This document shows, piece after piece, positions 34,002 to 49,535 of a DNA stretch of 64,000 nucleotides. The position numbers and the translations under genes are program-made. Location: the NCBI RefSeq assembly GCF_009914755.1, contig NC_060929.1; one strand, 5' to 3'. The number at the start of each line of letters is the position of its first letter. The stretch's first letter is position 1. The notes beneath the pieces were generated by a model. The model was not told the DNA's origin and ran no database searches. It saw nothing but the letters and a program-made list of their open reading frames with translations. Origin of the DNA: the human T2T-CHM13v2.0 reference genome, Homo sapiens.

Positions 34002-35429
34002 TATACCATCCAGACAGCCGGCTTTGGTCAACATATAACCCTACATTGTTTTTAGGAGAAGCCATTTTTAAATTTCTCAGTTAATTTTATATTTTCCAGT
34101 AAATTAATATTAACATAGTTAAGGTCTTTGATTCATTTCCCTTTATGTGGAAATGTATTTATTCCATAAAAATAAAACTATTTAATGCATACAATTTATC
34201 CACTTTTATAATTCAGATTATTTCATTTTTGATGTATGTAAAATTCAGTTTTAATACAAACAAATTACAAGACCACAAATCCTTGGTCTACCAAGGGCTG
34301 CTTAAATCTACAAATAGTTATATTTAATTCGCTCTGGGGATTGCTGGACTGCAGGAAATTAGATATCCATCTGTACCTCAGAATCCGTAAGTAACAGGAT
34401 TATATTATTATTGTGTATGGCTGCAAATACTATAATTATTGTATGATAGTTTGTGTTTGGTCTATCAATTTATCTTGAAAGAGAGAAATTGAGTTTTAAA
34501 GATATATACAAGACAATCAAAAAATATCAAGAAGGAAACATATTTTCACTGGTTTTGATTCACACCAAATCTGCTTCTTCTTCTACCTTAAAATTGACAG
34601 CAGATTTTTTTCTACTCTTTTTGCTTTTGCTTAACTGTATGTTTTCCATTCTCAATTCTTGCTTACTCAACTATTTTATCTCTTTATACTATAAATTGAT
34701 ATCTGAAAATATTGTTACATTACATAACTGATTTAATACCTCTGTCGTCTTTTCTATCAATGTCTTCATCTTACACCTTCACAAATAGCTTATTTATTTT
34801 GTAAAAGAAAAAAATGAGAAAAGAAAGAAGAGACAGTCATAGTCATATTTATTGAATGTCTCTGTGTATGGATTATCAAGTCATAGAAAGTAAATGTCAT
34901 TTTAATGGTGCCCGTTATTGAAATAGAGAATAGCTATAACAATGTAAATCTGTCAAAATAAAATTTACTCTGGTAATAAAAGTTTCTGATTGCTTGACTA
35001 CTATTTAATTCAGGTAGTGTGAAAGATTTATTGTACTTTACAAATTACTTATCTTACTCTCTAAGAATAAGTTACAAATGGGGTAAAAGAGATTTCTTAA
35101 ATTTCGAGGAAACACAGAAGAGACGTACCCAAGGTCTTTTGATTCAGAATATGATTATTGTATCTATGATTAATACTTATAATCTTTGGTTGTGTTTCAA
35201 TATGAAATAAGGCACATTATAATTATTTGAAACTAGTTGCTTCTATAATTAAAACTATTCAAACAGAAAAGCTTCGCTTTTATTTGGGAGCGTCCCCAGA
35301 GACAGTTCATACTTCTACAGGTCAGCTGCAGTCATTACATTATGCTAACTTTGACAATGCATTTTCTTTCTTACTACAGCTATTTCTTTGGCTCCGGGTT
35401 CTTTTAGAGCTAATATGAAAATTTGACAG

Positions 35430-35993
35430 GTGTAGGTTTTGAAGAAGTAGTTAAATATGATATCTTCTGCAATCCAGCAAAACCTCTCCACAAAAATGTA
35501 GCAAATAGTAAAATAGTTTTATTGTTAAATTAGCATTAAATCAGACTGTGATGCATATCACAGGCCATTTACTAAAGAGATTACAAAGAGAAAAATACAT
35601 CTCATCCTTTTATATAATTAGGCAGATACAATCTATTACATATGTGTGAAGTATCTTTATCCAAAGAAAAAGTAAAATTTATTGTATCTTTGTGACAAGT
35701 ATCAGGTTATGACTCTGAGCCAGGCATCTAAGCTAAGCTAAAGTGACAGAAGACAGGGTGTCTATCACCTTGATGTTTGTATTTAAAGAGACGACTCCAA
35801 GTCCCCCAAGTAAGACATTTCTGGGATGCAAAACTAGCAACAGTCTTATTTAGCTCTTAAAAAGATTTGCATACATCTTAAAGTGACAGAGGAAAGATTC
35901 AGAATATCAAGTTATCTCAAGTAAATACGAAAAGGAATGGAGTGTTCTCTTTCTCTTTTAGCACCAGAAAAATATAAAATGTATTATTATTCA
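35430..35993 (-). mobile_element. ERV1 LTR, MER67-like
   Basis: AAGACATTTCTGGGATGCAAAACTAGCAA...TTATTTAGCTCTTAAAAAGATTTGCATACAT. Minus-strand AATAAA (~35517) and TATA-like (~35608) motifs are in LTR order. Confidence 0.5.
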
Positions 35994-37189
35994 TAGTAGA
36001 ATTTTAGACTTCCATTTTCTCTCACATGGTCCTCTCACTATTCTGTGTTATACAGTATCACTGGGAACGAATTTCCTCAGAATTATTCATAAAATCGTTT
36101 CAGTCCGTTTATGCCCTCAATTCCTTAAATTTAGAGAGTCAAATTAAGGTCACAACGTACACAGTAAAGACATACCTTTCTGTGTCCTTCTTCCCCTCTT
36201 CCCTGCACCACATCCTCAACCAGTCCCTGAACATCAATGGGGTCAGGCTACGTTGGTGGCCCTGTCAAAAATTCTGATTTATCAAAATTTTAAAACTAGA
36301 GACTGATGTTTCTTTTACTGTATTAATCCACTGTATTATAGACTTTGGAAATATTTGTGCCTAGTTTTCTAAAGCAACCTTTATGAGCAGTTTCATGGAT
36401 CTAGCTGTCAAAATTTTTCAGTCTATGCATGCACTTGCTGTGAATAGGTGGCAGTTAATGAAAGTTGAAATCACAAACAGCAATGAATTCACTGATCTTA
36501 TGCTTTTTCCAATGCCTTGCTTGAGTCTGAAATAATTTTACAGCTATTATTCCACTTCCGGACTTTGATAAAACAAAATAAATGCTTCAAATATATTCTA
36601 GCAACAGAGTAAAAAATGGTAGTGTGATTTTATTTTTCTTATCAACATCACATGTATATGAAGAAGATAAATTTCAAGTTCTAAGAAAAGAAAAAATTGA
36701 TTTGTAACCGAGTTAAACAAGTATGGAAATTCATGTTGAAATTGAAACTATGTATAATACAAATAAAAATTAATGATTGTATACATTTTTCTAACATGAG
36801 TAGATATAAATATGATTTTAATTATAATCAGCAGCACTATGGTTATAGGATGAAAAATGACATCATTTTTGTCGATATTGATAAAATAATAGTTGTTGCT
36901 TTTCAATTTGGGCAGTATTACTTTCAGTTTAATGTTGGTAATTCTGAGTAGACCCAAGACATAGAGAGGGAGTTGTTCCTCTTGCTGGCTTTCTTCTATG
37001 TAAGAGTTACATTGTGAAGCAAATGAAGTAATAATGATTCTAGACTTTCTCCTTAGAAACGAAAAGCAGAATACTGAAAGAATACACCTGTTTTGAAGTC
37101 TGATAAATAACCCTCATCTATTCAAGATCCAGAACAAAGGGTAAGATGGCACTAAGAAAGCATGAACAAATACAAGAGAAATAAGACTG

Positions 37190-37190
<1 letters not shown>

Positions 37191-37222
<32 letters not shown>
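37191..37222. repeat. (AC)16 microsatellite
   Basis: Read directly from the sequence. Confidence 0.97.
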
Positions 37223-37225
<3 letters not shown>

Positions 37226-38659
37226 ACTTTTTATGTAAATCAATATAAATGTTAACCTAAAAGTTCACCTTAAAATTTATGTTTAATTTGTTTTTGGTTT
37301 ACATCGATATCTGTAACACTTTTCTCAAGAGCATAACCATGTTCTATTTTACCTAGCATTCATTTCATTAGATGTGAACGTTGATCCTTCAAAGAAAGGA
37401 ACCCAAAACAAAAATAACATATACAGCATTATAAAATTAAGGTTATTAAAAAAGACATTTCTTTGAGAACAGTATAGGCAATATACTCTGCAGTGAAGAC
37501 TAACAAAGTCAGCATTTCCTTTCCTTTTGTGCATTTGGTTTTCTGGACCTTGTTTTTGTTTTTGTAGCTGTATGGTCAAATCTAGTTATATTAAGGCATA
37601 ACTGTTGTCATTTAAATCCTGTACATCCTCAATCTTTTCTCCTCACTGGCTGTCTTTTAACCATGGCTTTTAAGTACTTGTGTACCAATATGGTTCTGTG
37701 ATCTGATTCTGTGTCTCCTGTCAGCTTTCAGACTAGACAAAGCGTTACCATTTTGGCCACCCCAATTACTGCTGATATTGCTCTTCATTGTTGAAAGTTT
37801 ATCCTTTCTCTACCTTCTTCCACATCTAGGACTCATCTTTGGATATTTCTAACAATAGCTTAACTAATAGATAAAATGTATATGTAATTGTCGCCACAGT
37901 ATATTGTCTATGACAACAAAAAAGGGACTTCGTAGTTGAAATTTATAAAAGAACTAGTTTTCCAGCAAGGTCACTAGGATAACTGTCCCTCAAACTTGAG
38001 ACCAAGCTTCCTATATATGATACTGCTTGGTTTCTGCCTTTCAAGACCCCTGTTCAACATCAATGAGGCAATAGCAGAACATTTAAAAGAAAATTATGAT
38101 TTTTGGATACAGGGACATAAGTTTGCCATTTAACCCTTCATTCAGTGTGTTTACTGTCTCCAAACAAAAGTGAGAAACATTCCCAAAGTTAAGATGAAAG
38201 TATCTTAAATAAAAATGTATAGTAAGCCTAAGCATACCAATATTTAGAAGCACATTCACTATACTTAGACATTTTATTTTACTTCTACTGGAGTTAATTA
38301 AAACAAAAATTGAAAGTAGTCCCTCTATACGAAAGGACAATACTCATGATAATTTTGGCTTTCTTGTACTCTCTTTCCAAGAACAGATGACATTATGAAA
38401 AACAAAGGAAGAAAGCCAAACTTATTCACATCTCATGAAAAATCATAGAAAGATAAACATTTAGTAAAAAAAAAAATTAGAGTGAGAGAAGAATCCAGTG
38501 ATTAATAAATCTGACACTGTCAGTTACCTATGAGGGAAACAAGCCACAGAGTTGTTTTTGACCTAACTAGTGCAGCACCCAAACTTTATCTTAGTTTTCT
38601 TTACCTGAGCTTGGGGATTAGAATTGACACTTCAAAAGCCCTCAGAGTTACCAGGGAAT

Positions 38660-39100
38660 TCCACAAATTAGTTGCATGTTAGAATCACCTGAGAAACTAT
38701 TTTATTTTTATTTTTGAGACAGGCTTTCCCTCTGTTGCCAAGGCTGTCATGCACTCAGTTCATTGCAGCCTCTGCCCCCTGGGCTGAAGTGATCCACCTC
38801 AGCCTCCTGAATAGGTGGGATTAAAGGTGTGGCCACACCTGGCTAATTTTTGTATATTTTTTGTAGAGATGACATCTGACAATGTTTCCCAGACTGGCCT
38901 TGAACTCCTGAGCTCAAGCAATCGGCCACCTCAGTGTCTCAAAGTGCTGGGATTACAGGAACGAGCCACTGCACTTGAGCAGAACTTTCAAAATTATATA
39001 TGGTTAGCCCACATCCAGAAATTATTCTTCTGAAATAAGACCTGTATATCCACAGATTTCAAAAGCTCTCTTTAACATTCAGCCAGTGTTGAGATCCATC
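38660..39100. mobile_element. MER5-type DNA transposon split by an Alu
   Basis: TGCATGTTAGAATCACCTGAGAAACT...CAGCCAGTGTTGAGATCC. Confidence 0.55.
38699..38980 (-). mobile_element. AluJ
   Basis: Diverged Alu with J-type TTTTTTGTAGAGATG and CTCCTGAGCTCAAGCAATC. Confidence 0.88.
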
Positions 39101-39949
39101 AGCAAAGGTATCTGAAGCCTTTTTATACCAAAGCTGTCATCAGTTTAGAATTAATGATAGACTGGCTCAAGTTTGGTGTGTATAATAATTTTTTACAATC
39201 TTTAATACACAACAAATTTGTGGGAAACCAGTAATTCACCTTGATTTACTGAATTTCATTTTTAAAAATCTTCCTTCAATTTCCATTAGCTACATAACTC
39301 ATCTATTTATTTACATTAAACTGTGATATGCTGGGTGAAGTTCCAAATATTTACCCATTGACAAAGATGTATGGTAAATGAGACAGGCAAGAGTAACCCA
39401 CACAGACAATGAAGCATGCTAAGTTCTTTGTCTCTGTTCATAAGCAACACTGCTTTTTTTCTAATAGATTATAAAGATATATCAAAATAATTTGCCAATA
39501 AAGTGTATCTGAATGATAAAATGTTGGCATATGGTCAAATTATATTGAGAACCTAAATTTGGTTGAGAAAATTATTATGTCCCATTCTTGGAACCTTTGC
39601 AGACAGTTGAACAATAATATAGGGCAATATTTCTTTAAAACAGCTAACAACAGTAAATAAAGTTAAATAATATAGTATATTCATCATCAGCTCTCAAGGA
39701 AAAATAAATCTGTCTGTCAATTTACTTCAAGGGAATAGTTTTGTCATGTTTCCACTCTAGCTATCCTTTTAAAGCTTACCATATCTGAAATAAATAATCT
39801 ACAAATCTCAAACTAGGTATCTTCTTAGAGTCCCAAAGTATATAAGTATGGATACGGATATCAATGTGATTTCTTTCCTGACCCAATCTCTTTTCCAAAA
39901 TGTACAACATAGTGCCCTTATCTTTTAAAACTGGAAAAATTTATAATTT

Positions 39950-40890
<941 letters not shown>

Positions 40891-41779
40891 TATTTTAGAG
40901 CTGTGCTTCATGTGATGACAGGGAAAATTCTGAGTTGTTCTAATATGCTATATACCTGACTCTTCTGCATGTCTGCCTCTTCATTCAGGCATTTTTATGA
41001 AGTTATTTTTTTTTTCCCCTTCAGCTTTGTCTATTGGCATTAGAATGCAGTAGAAATGTAATGTATTTATTAAAGCAATTATTACTTAAAAATAAATATT
41101 TCTGGTAGGATACAATTAAATTTTTTTGCATACCTATCTTTTTAAAAATTATTAAACTAAATAAGATGTAAGTATTTTTTAAATATTTCAGACTTTATGA
41201 CATAGAGTTATATTTTCTCCTTTAGCTGTCTACATCTCTTATTTAGTTGCTGTCATAGTTATTTGAATCAAAGCATTGAAATGAGCACATATTTTCAGAG
41301 CTGAAATACATATTTTGAAAAATATTTTTGCTTTTACCACATAGGCCACTAACTAACCAATAACATGACTAAAGCAAATTATTGTCAAAACTAGTTCAGC
41401 CTCCTTAGAAGACGCATGTTTGCACTTAGGACCCTTCAAAGGTGCCCTGAAAAAGACTCATCTTGTGTACTGATATTTCTTGTCTCCATCTTCTGTCCCA
41501 AAACTGCAGTTTTTTTCTGATGTTTCTCTTGGTCCAGTGTCTTTTGGCTTTCCCTATGGCTTTGGGATTTACTTACATATCTTCATTTTTACTCTGTTCT
41601 CACACTTGTCTTTTCACTCCTCCTAAAAATAAATCCTTGGTCACAGATTTTCCATTTTTGCTTAACTGAGAGGTAAAGTATAGAGGTTTACTTCTGATGG
41701 CTGAGTTCTGTTTGGTTATTCAATTCAGAATGGCAAAAAAGGCAACCTTGATTTTTCTTACTTTCACATTATTCACCAT

Positions 41780-43050
41780 CTAAAGGTTTTGCACTTAAAA
41801 TAATATATAATCCACCTGGAGCTTTTTTTTGTATAATATGATAGCTTTTAAAATCCACTTTCTGTCCATATTTTTATCCTTTTGATGCAGTAAGATTTAT
41901 TGAAAAAATAATGATTGCTCCAATGCACTACACCATGTTATCACCTAGATCATAAATCAAGTGACTCTAGAAGTGTGGATATGCTTTTGGACACTTCAAT
42001 CTGTCATACTGTTCAATTTCTTTAGCCTTGTGTCAAGGCATCACTGCCTTACTTACCATTGCATTAAGTCTTCAGCTGTGATATTTGTCACCTAAATTTT
42101 TAATGCAGCTTTTTAATTCCCATAGGGCTAACTGGTGGGATTTTGACTCAGATTGCACAATATTTTTGCATCAATTTATATAGAAGAAGCACATTTACAA
42201 TTTCACCTATTTTGTAAACTTGGCATACCCCTCAATTTATTTAGAATTTCTTTAATGGTTTTCAGTATTGTTGTTATTAAGGAAGTAGTTGTGCACAGTT
42301 TGCATTACATTTAGTATGAATTATTGATACCTTTGATGCTATTGTGAATGGTATTTTTAATTCACTTTTTTGTCTCTTTCTGGCATATAGAGATACCACA
42401 AAGGTGTATAGGTTGTCCTTGTATTCAACAATGTTGAAAAGTTCATTATTTAATTCTCAGTTTATGTGTAGATTATTTTATGGTTTCAGCATATACAGTA
42501 ATTTTGCCAAGTTACAGCTTTTTTGCTGATTTTAAATGTTGATATCTTGTAATGCATTTTTGAGGGGCATGGCTATGGTGTCTAGAACAATTTTGACTAG
42601 AAGGCATGCCAATGACATCTGGTGTCATTACTGACTTCAGGAGTATAACTTTCAATATTTTAACTTTATGATATCTATTCAGAGTCTTACATATACTCTA
42701 TCAGACTAATAGACTTCCACTTTAAGGGAGATCTTTTCTAAGACTCTAAGCATAAAAATATAATGAGATTTTATAAACATGTTTTCCAAATTTATTTTGG
42801 TAACCAAAATATTTCTCCCATTTTTAAATTAAATTGTGACTTCTGTTGTTCAAGCTTTGAATATTAAATTATCCTTATATTATTTGAATAAACCCTACTT
42901 GGTTGTTATGTACTGTTCTTTTTTGATATGTCATCAGGTATGATTTGCTATATTTAGTTTGGGAGATTTTTCAACAAAGAGCTCTGGCATGCAAGGTCAT
43001 AAAATAAATTGACATTTATTTTTCTTTCCTACAATCTCTTTGTCATAATA
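41780..43050 (-). mobile_element. Ancient L1M ORF2 fragment
   Basis: TTTGATGCTATTGTGAATGGTAT, GAATAAACCCTACTTGGTT and similar motifs. Confidence 0.6.
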
Positions 43051-43059
43051 CATCAAAAG

Positions 43060-44590
43060 ATTAAATTTTCAATAGAGATCCCACAAATAAACTCAAGCAT
43101 ATATAGTCAAGTGATTTTTTAACCAGGGCGTCAATAAGACACAATGGAGAAAGAATAGTCTCTTCAATAATTTAAATTGAGAAAAGCGGATATCCACATG
43201 CAAAAGAATGGAATTAGACCTCTATATTACATCATACCACAAACATCAACTCTAAGACCTGAAACCATAAAACTCCTAAAAGAAAATATAGGAGAGAAGC
43301 ATCTTGATATTGGCCTTAGTGCTGATTTATTTTTAGATATCACACTAAAATCTTAGGCAAAAATAAACAAGTGGGACTACATCAAACAAACTACTTCTGC
43401 ACAGCAAAGGAAACAGTTAACAAAATTAAAAGGCAGTCCGTGAAATAAGAGAAAATATTTGTGAACTGTATATCCAGAGACTAATATCCAAAATATATTA
43501 GGAAGTCACACAACTCTATAGCAAAAATAAATAAACTGATTAAAAAAGTCAAAAGCCCTAAATAGACATTTCTTGAATGAAGACATAAAAATGTTCAACT
43601 GGTGTATGAAAAGGCCTACATATGCCTTGTCATATACCAGTTGAACAATTTTATGTTTTCATTTGAGAAGTATCATCATTAATCATAAGAGAAATGCAAA
43701 TCAAAACCACAGTTAGATACCACCTCACACCTGTTAGTATGACTACTATAAAAATGACAAGAGATAACAAATTTTGGCAAGGATGTGGGGCAAGGGTAAC
43801 CCTTGTACACTGTTGGCGTGTATGTAAACTAGTAGAGTCAGCATGGAAAAGAGTATGGAGGTTTCTTAAAAAATCAAAAATGAAATTATCCTATGACTCA
43901 CAATTCCCTCTTCTAAGTTTAACCAAAGGAAATTAAATCAGCAGCTCATAGAGATTTTTGTGCTCCCATGTTCATGGCAGCATTATTTATAATAGCCATG
44001 ATATAAAAGATGATCTTGTCATTTGCATCAACGTGGATGAACCTGGAGGATGCTATGCTTAACTAAATAAACCAGCCCAGAGAGACAAATACTGCATAAT
44101 TTTACGTATCTGTAGAATTTTAAAAATTGAACCCATAGAAGCAGAGAGTAGATGATGGTTTCCAGGGCCTGGACATGAAGAATGGGGGTACTGGGGAGTT
44201 GTTGGTTAAAAAGTACAAGTTACTCTTTAAGAGTTAGATAGGAGGAATAAATTCTGGAAATCTATTGTATGGCATGCAACTATGGTAAAAAATAATGTGT
44301 TGTATATTTGAAAATTGCTAAGAGAAATTTGAAGTGTTCTCTTCACAAAAAATGATAAGTATGAGAGGTTATGGATATATTAATAAGCTTGATTTATTAA
44401 TTGCACAATGTATACATATGCAAAATGTCACATTATTAGTCATAATTATATAAAATTTTTATTTGCCAATTAAAATAATATATTTAAATGGTAACTATGT
44501 GGGATGATATGTTAATTTGCTTGGCTACAGTAGTCTTTTTTTACATATATCAAAACATCATGTTATACACATTAAATATATATAATAAAA
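43060..44590 (+). mobile_element. L1MA 3' portion followed by a second short L1MA 3' terminus
   Basis: ORF 43694-43936 MQIKTTVRYHLTPV...LVHCW is the ORF2 C-terminus. L1MA 3'UTR runs to ~44480, then a second terminus at 44486-44590. Confidence 0.85.
43565..43674. repeat. Inverted repeat: 51-bp arms, 8-nt loop
   Basis: 43565-43615 matches the reverse complement of 43624-43674 at 43/51 positions with no gaps. Confidence 0.92.
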
Positions 44591-44785
44591 GAAATTTTCA
44601 CATCAGTCTATTAATTTTATTATATTATTTTCTCTTTATTTACTTAGTTACTGAATACTAAACTATTTTTGAATTTATAGAATTAGTACCACATGGCCAT
44701 GGCATATTCTCTTGTTATAACTTGATTAATATCTTATTTACTATTGTTACTTTTATCTGCATGAAAGATGTTATTTATTTCCTGA

Positions 44786-45170
<385 letters not shown>

Positions 45171-45670
45171 TGAAAATTGGTGTTATTTCTTAACTATTTT
45201 AATATTGTATATATATTTACCAGAGAGGGATTTTGTTCTAAATACGTCTTTAGATTTTTTTTTCAAAATCACAGTCATAGTTTCTATATTACTTATCAGA
45301 CTGTTCAAAGTATTCACGTCTTTTTACAATTTTGATGAATTATATTTTTCTTAGATTTTGGGATTGCTGCTTTTCTGTGGGAAGCACAATTTTCTATGTA
45401 GATTTGTTTTTTTCTTTCATTAATTTTGGCAGATTTGTTATATAATTTGTCTAGTTTCTTTGCTTTGAGTTTGCTACTTTTTTCTGATTTTTTGTGTACA
45501 TACTTACATGATTAATTTTTTAAGTCTCCCTCCTTTTCTAGGGTTTTCTTATGATGATACACATTTCACTGTAAAGATTTAGCCAAATTGCAGAGTTTTG
45601 CTAGGCCATTTTTACATTCAGTTGAAAATGATTTTTTATTATTTTCTATTTATATTTCTTATTTGTCCTG

Positions 45671-46061
45671 TATATTAGTAGGGTCTGTTTTTGCACTGCT
45701 ATAAAGAACTGCCTGAGACTGGGTAATTTATAAAGGAAAGAGATTTAACTGACTTACAGTTCAGCATGGCTGGGGAGGCCCCAGGAAACACAATCATGGC
45801 AAAAAGCAAAGGGGAAGCGAAGAGCCTTCTTCACAAGGCAGCAGGAAGGAGAATGAACACAGGACGAACTATCAAACACTTATAAAACCATCAGATCTCA
45901 TGATAATTCACTCACTATCATGAGAATAGCATGGGGGAAACCACCCCCATGATCCAACTACCTCCACCTGGTCTTTCCCTTGACATGTGGGGAATACAGG
46001 GATTATGGGAATTATAATTCAAAATGAGATTTTGGTAGGGACACAAGGCCTAACCATATCA
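45671..46061 (-). mobile_element. THE1D-type solo LTR
   Basis: TATATTAGT...CACTGCTATAAAGAACTGCCTGAGACTGGG...ACCATATCA; TSD TCCTG/CCCTG. Confidence 0.9.
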
Positions 46062-46089
46062 CCCTGCCATTCATTTGGAAATATGTTAT

Positions 46090-46520
46090 TGTCACGCGTG
46101 TCTGTGAGATGAAAGTCCACCAACAGGCTTTGCGTGAGCAACAAGGCTGTTTATTCACTTGGGTGCAAGTGGGCTGAGTCCAAGAAAGGAGTCAGCAAAG
46201 GGAGATAGGGGTGGGGCAATTTTATAGGATTTGGGTAGATAGTAGAAAATTACAGTTAAAGGGGGTGGTTCTCTTGCCGGCAGCGGCGGGGGTCACAGGG
46301 AGCTCGGGAGACTTATTGTCCAGGAGAAGGAATGTCACAAGGTTAATTGATCAGTCAGGGTGGAGCAGGAACAAACTACAATGGTGGAATGTCATCAGTT
46401 AAGGCAGGAACTGCCTATTTTCACTTCTTTTGTGGTTTTTCAGTTGCTTCAGGCCATCTGGATTTATACATGCAGGTCACAGGGGATATGATGGCTTAGC
46501 TTGGTCTCAGAGGCCTGACA
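46090..46520 (-). mobile_element. HERV-H solo LTR (LTR7 family, probably LTR7B-like)
   Basis: Termini TGTCACGCG...GGCTTAGCTTGGTCTCAGAGGCCTGACA. Minus-strand TATAAAA (46220-46226) and AATAAA (46150-46155). Flanks TTAT/TTAC. Confidence 0.92.
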
Positions 46521-47491
46521 TTACTTAATTGCCATGGCCATCATTTGGCTGAGTGATGAGATGTAAGGCTCAAAATAAGTGAGGCATGTATCACAGAAAG
46601 GCACCAAAAAGAAGGAGTAATTTCTTTGACACTTATCTTGCCAGGGTCCTGGGTTGATTTTGAAGGTTGCTCAAAAAACAGCATACTCATATTAACTGAG
46701 GCCATTGATCAGTTTCAAGTAGCTAATAGAAGAATATGTATAGAGTTTTACCCAAACCACAAAAGAATTACATGTAATGATTATCACAAAATAGACTGAA
46801 GACACTCCTAATACCTTTACAATTAGCTAATTAGTTTCAATTTTTGAAAATCTGTATAATAAATATAACTAGCATACTTGTTTGTAGATGCTGAATTAAC
46901 AAGAGCAACAGAAAGTTGTTCCATCATCAAATTACTGAGTTTGAAATATTTGCTTCTAAAGAACCCACAAGCCTATGTTTAACATGGATAATCTTTTTCC
47001 TATATGATGATTTAAATAATTTCTAATTTTCTTTGCAATTTACTGGGTCATCCTATTAAATTTTCAGCTTTTATTTTAAAAAATTATGACTTTTTAAATT
47101 AAAGTTTGCTTCATGTATCAGGGGAAATTTCTAGGCCTTTTAAGAGTTACATGTTATTTGAAATTTATTTTATGTTAGGATAATCTAAATAATATATAAA
47201 CACAGTTCCCTTTTTAACATTTTAAAATGATATGAAAATGTCTGTATTTAGGAGATCAAAACCAGAATGAATATTTATCCATTTTCATCATTACTTTTTA
47301 AATACATCAAAGTATTGAATGGCATATGAAAAACACTAAGCAGGATTCATCATTATCATCTTTCTGCTTTATGAATAAGTTAGCAAGAGAATTATTCAAA
47401 TTAAGTTTCACGAATTATTATCAAAGGACTAGTCTGTTTCTAACAATAGGTTAGTAAATTACAGAATAAGCTACAAAGGCATTGCTTTTAA

Positions 47492-47835
<344 letters not shown>

Positions 47836-49402
47836 TAGGAGTTTATTCTATTAATATATTTTCTTGAAAATTTATGAAATCAAATGTAAGGATTGTGGTC
47901 ATATTGCTTTCTGTTGCATTATAAATTATTTTTCCACCTAAATAGTTTTCAAAACATGCACATATGGTAAACTAATGTTAATGAGTTATTGTCATCAGTT
48001 AGCAAAATAAAATATATTAAATCTGGTAAAATGTGGGTAACATAGCAAAAGATCTCTGAAAGAAGAACATAAATATCTGTGATTCTAAAAGCTCTAACTT
48101 ATAGGATATTTGAAAAAGTACATTTTTAATGCAATTGTATTTATCAGTAAATATCATATGCTTTATGTATGATATGTAACCCCCTAAAATATTTAGACTT
48201 TTTTTATTGTCCTAAGTGGGTTAATAAATGTTAATCTAAAGTGTGTTTATTTGTTAAGCAAAACTTTTTAAATACATAGAGTAAATCCTGATATCAATCA
48301 GCCTGTAGTATTCTGTGCTAGTTTCCTGCTAGAAGGCCAAATTGATGCTGCTTGGCTATTTATGCAATGTTTAATCTATATTAACTATATTCTCTTAAAG
48401 TTGCTTTAGTTCTCAAGCTTATATCTTAAAGGTTATCTACTTGCTATTTTGAGCTGTCCAATATTTCATAAGTACTTATTATTGAAACATAGAACAGATG
48501 AAATGGATGATTACTCTGGTAACCCAGCGTCCAAGAACCTCAACTTGCTTGCTGATATGTAGAAAACAGTGCACTAGAAATACTACACTGGAGGTGTCCC
48601 TGGACTTTCATTTCCTAATAAAAGACCCTCAGAGCATTTAGTAAGTGCCACTCAGACATCAATGTGTGACCAATCACCATCTCTAAAATTACTTTTTCTT
48701 TATTTTTAGAAATTTCAATCATGTGTTTAAGCAGAGTTGTTAACATTGTCTTCTAATAGTGGATTAATGAAATAGGAACAAAGCATTATTTTGTTTGTTT
48801 AATGCATTTCAGAAATCTTTCTTCAGCTTAACAAGCCCATAGATAATTACTGTTAACTCTATATTTAATTATCTAAACACCATACAAAAACAAATATATG
48901 TCTAAAAGACATGTTTTTCCTACATCTTCATTTTCTTTATTTAAGAAGCAGACATTTCTTTGAATTTTTGTATACATTCTGGCAGGCTTTAGACCATGGA
49001 TTTTATTGATTGACCCTGATCCAAAGCAGCAATTATGTTCTTAATTCTCTCTGAAGTTAAGAGGGTATATTTATCCAACTAGCAGAAAAACCAAAGTTCA
49101 GGTCAGGAGAAAATATTAAAGGTGATTTTTAAACTGGAATAATTTAACAAGTTGAGAACAGAAAGATGGACAAAAAAAGTACACTTAGGTATGTAAAAAG
49201 ATCCATGCTTTTTTTTTAAATGTCCAGATGGTTTAAATACAGCATCTTCTTGGTAGAGAGTATGAGTCAGTACTGGACATGTTCTTTAGAAAACTAAAAA
49301 TAGGCGGGCGTTTCTGCTAGTAAAGTCTGAAATAAGCCAAACTGTGCTTTAGCTGTCATGACAATTCTTAGACAGTAATGGCCTAGTTTGAGATCCTGCA
49401 TT

Positions 49403-49405
49403 AAA

Positions 49406-49469
<64 letters not shown>

Positions 49470-49535
49470 TATATATACACACAAGTATATATATACATAC
49501 ATATATAATATTTTATAAATATAAAATATATATCA
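49403..49535. repeat. Compound microsatellite A21-(AT)17-(AC)n-AT-rich
   Basis: Read directly from the sequence. Confidence 0.93.
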
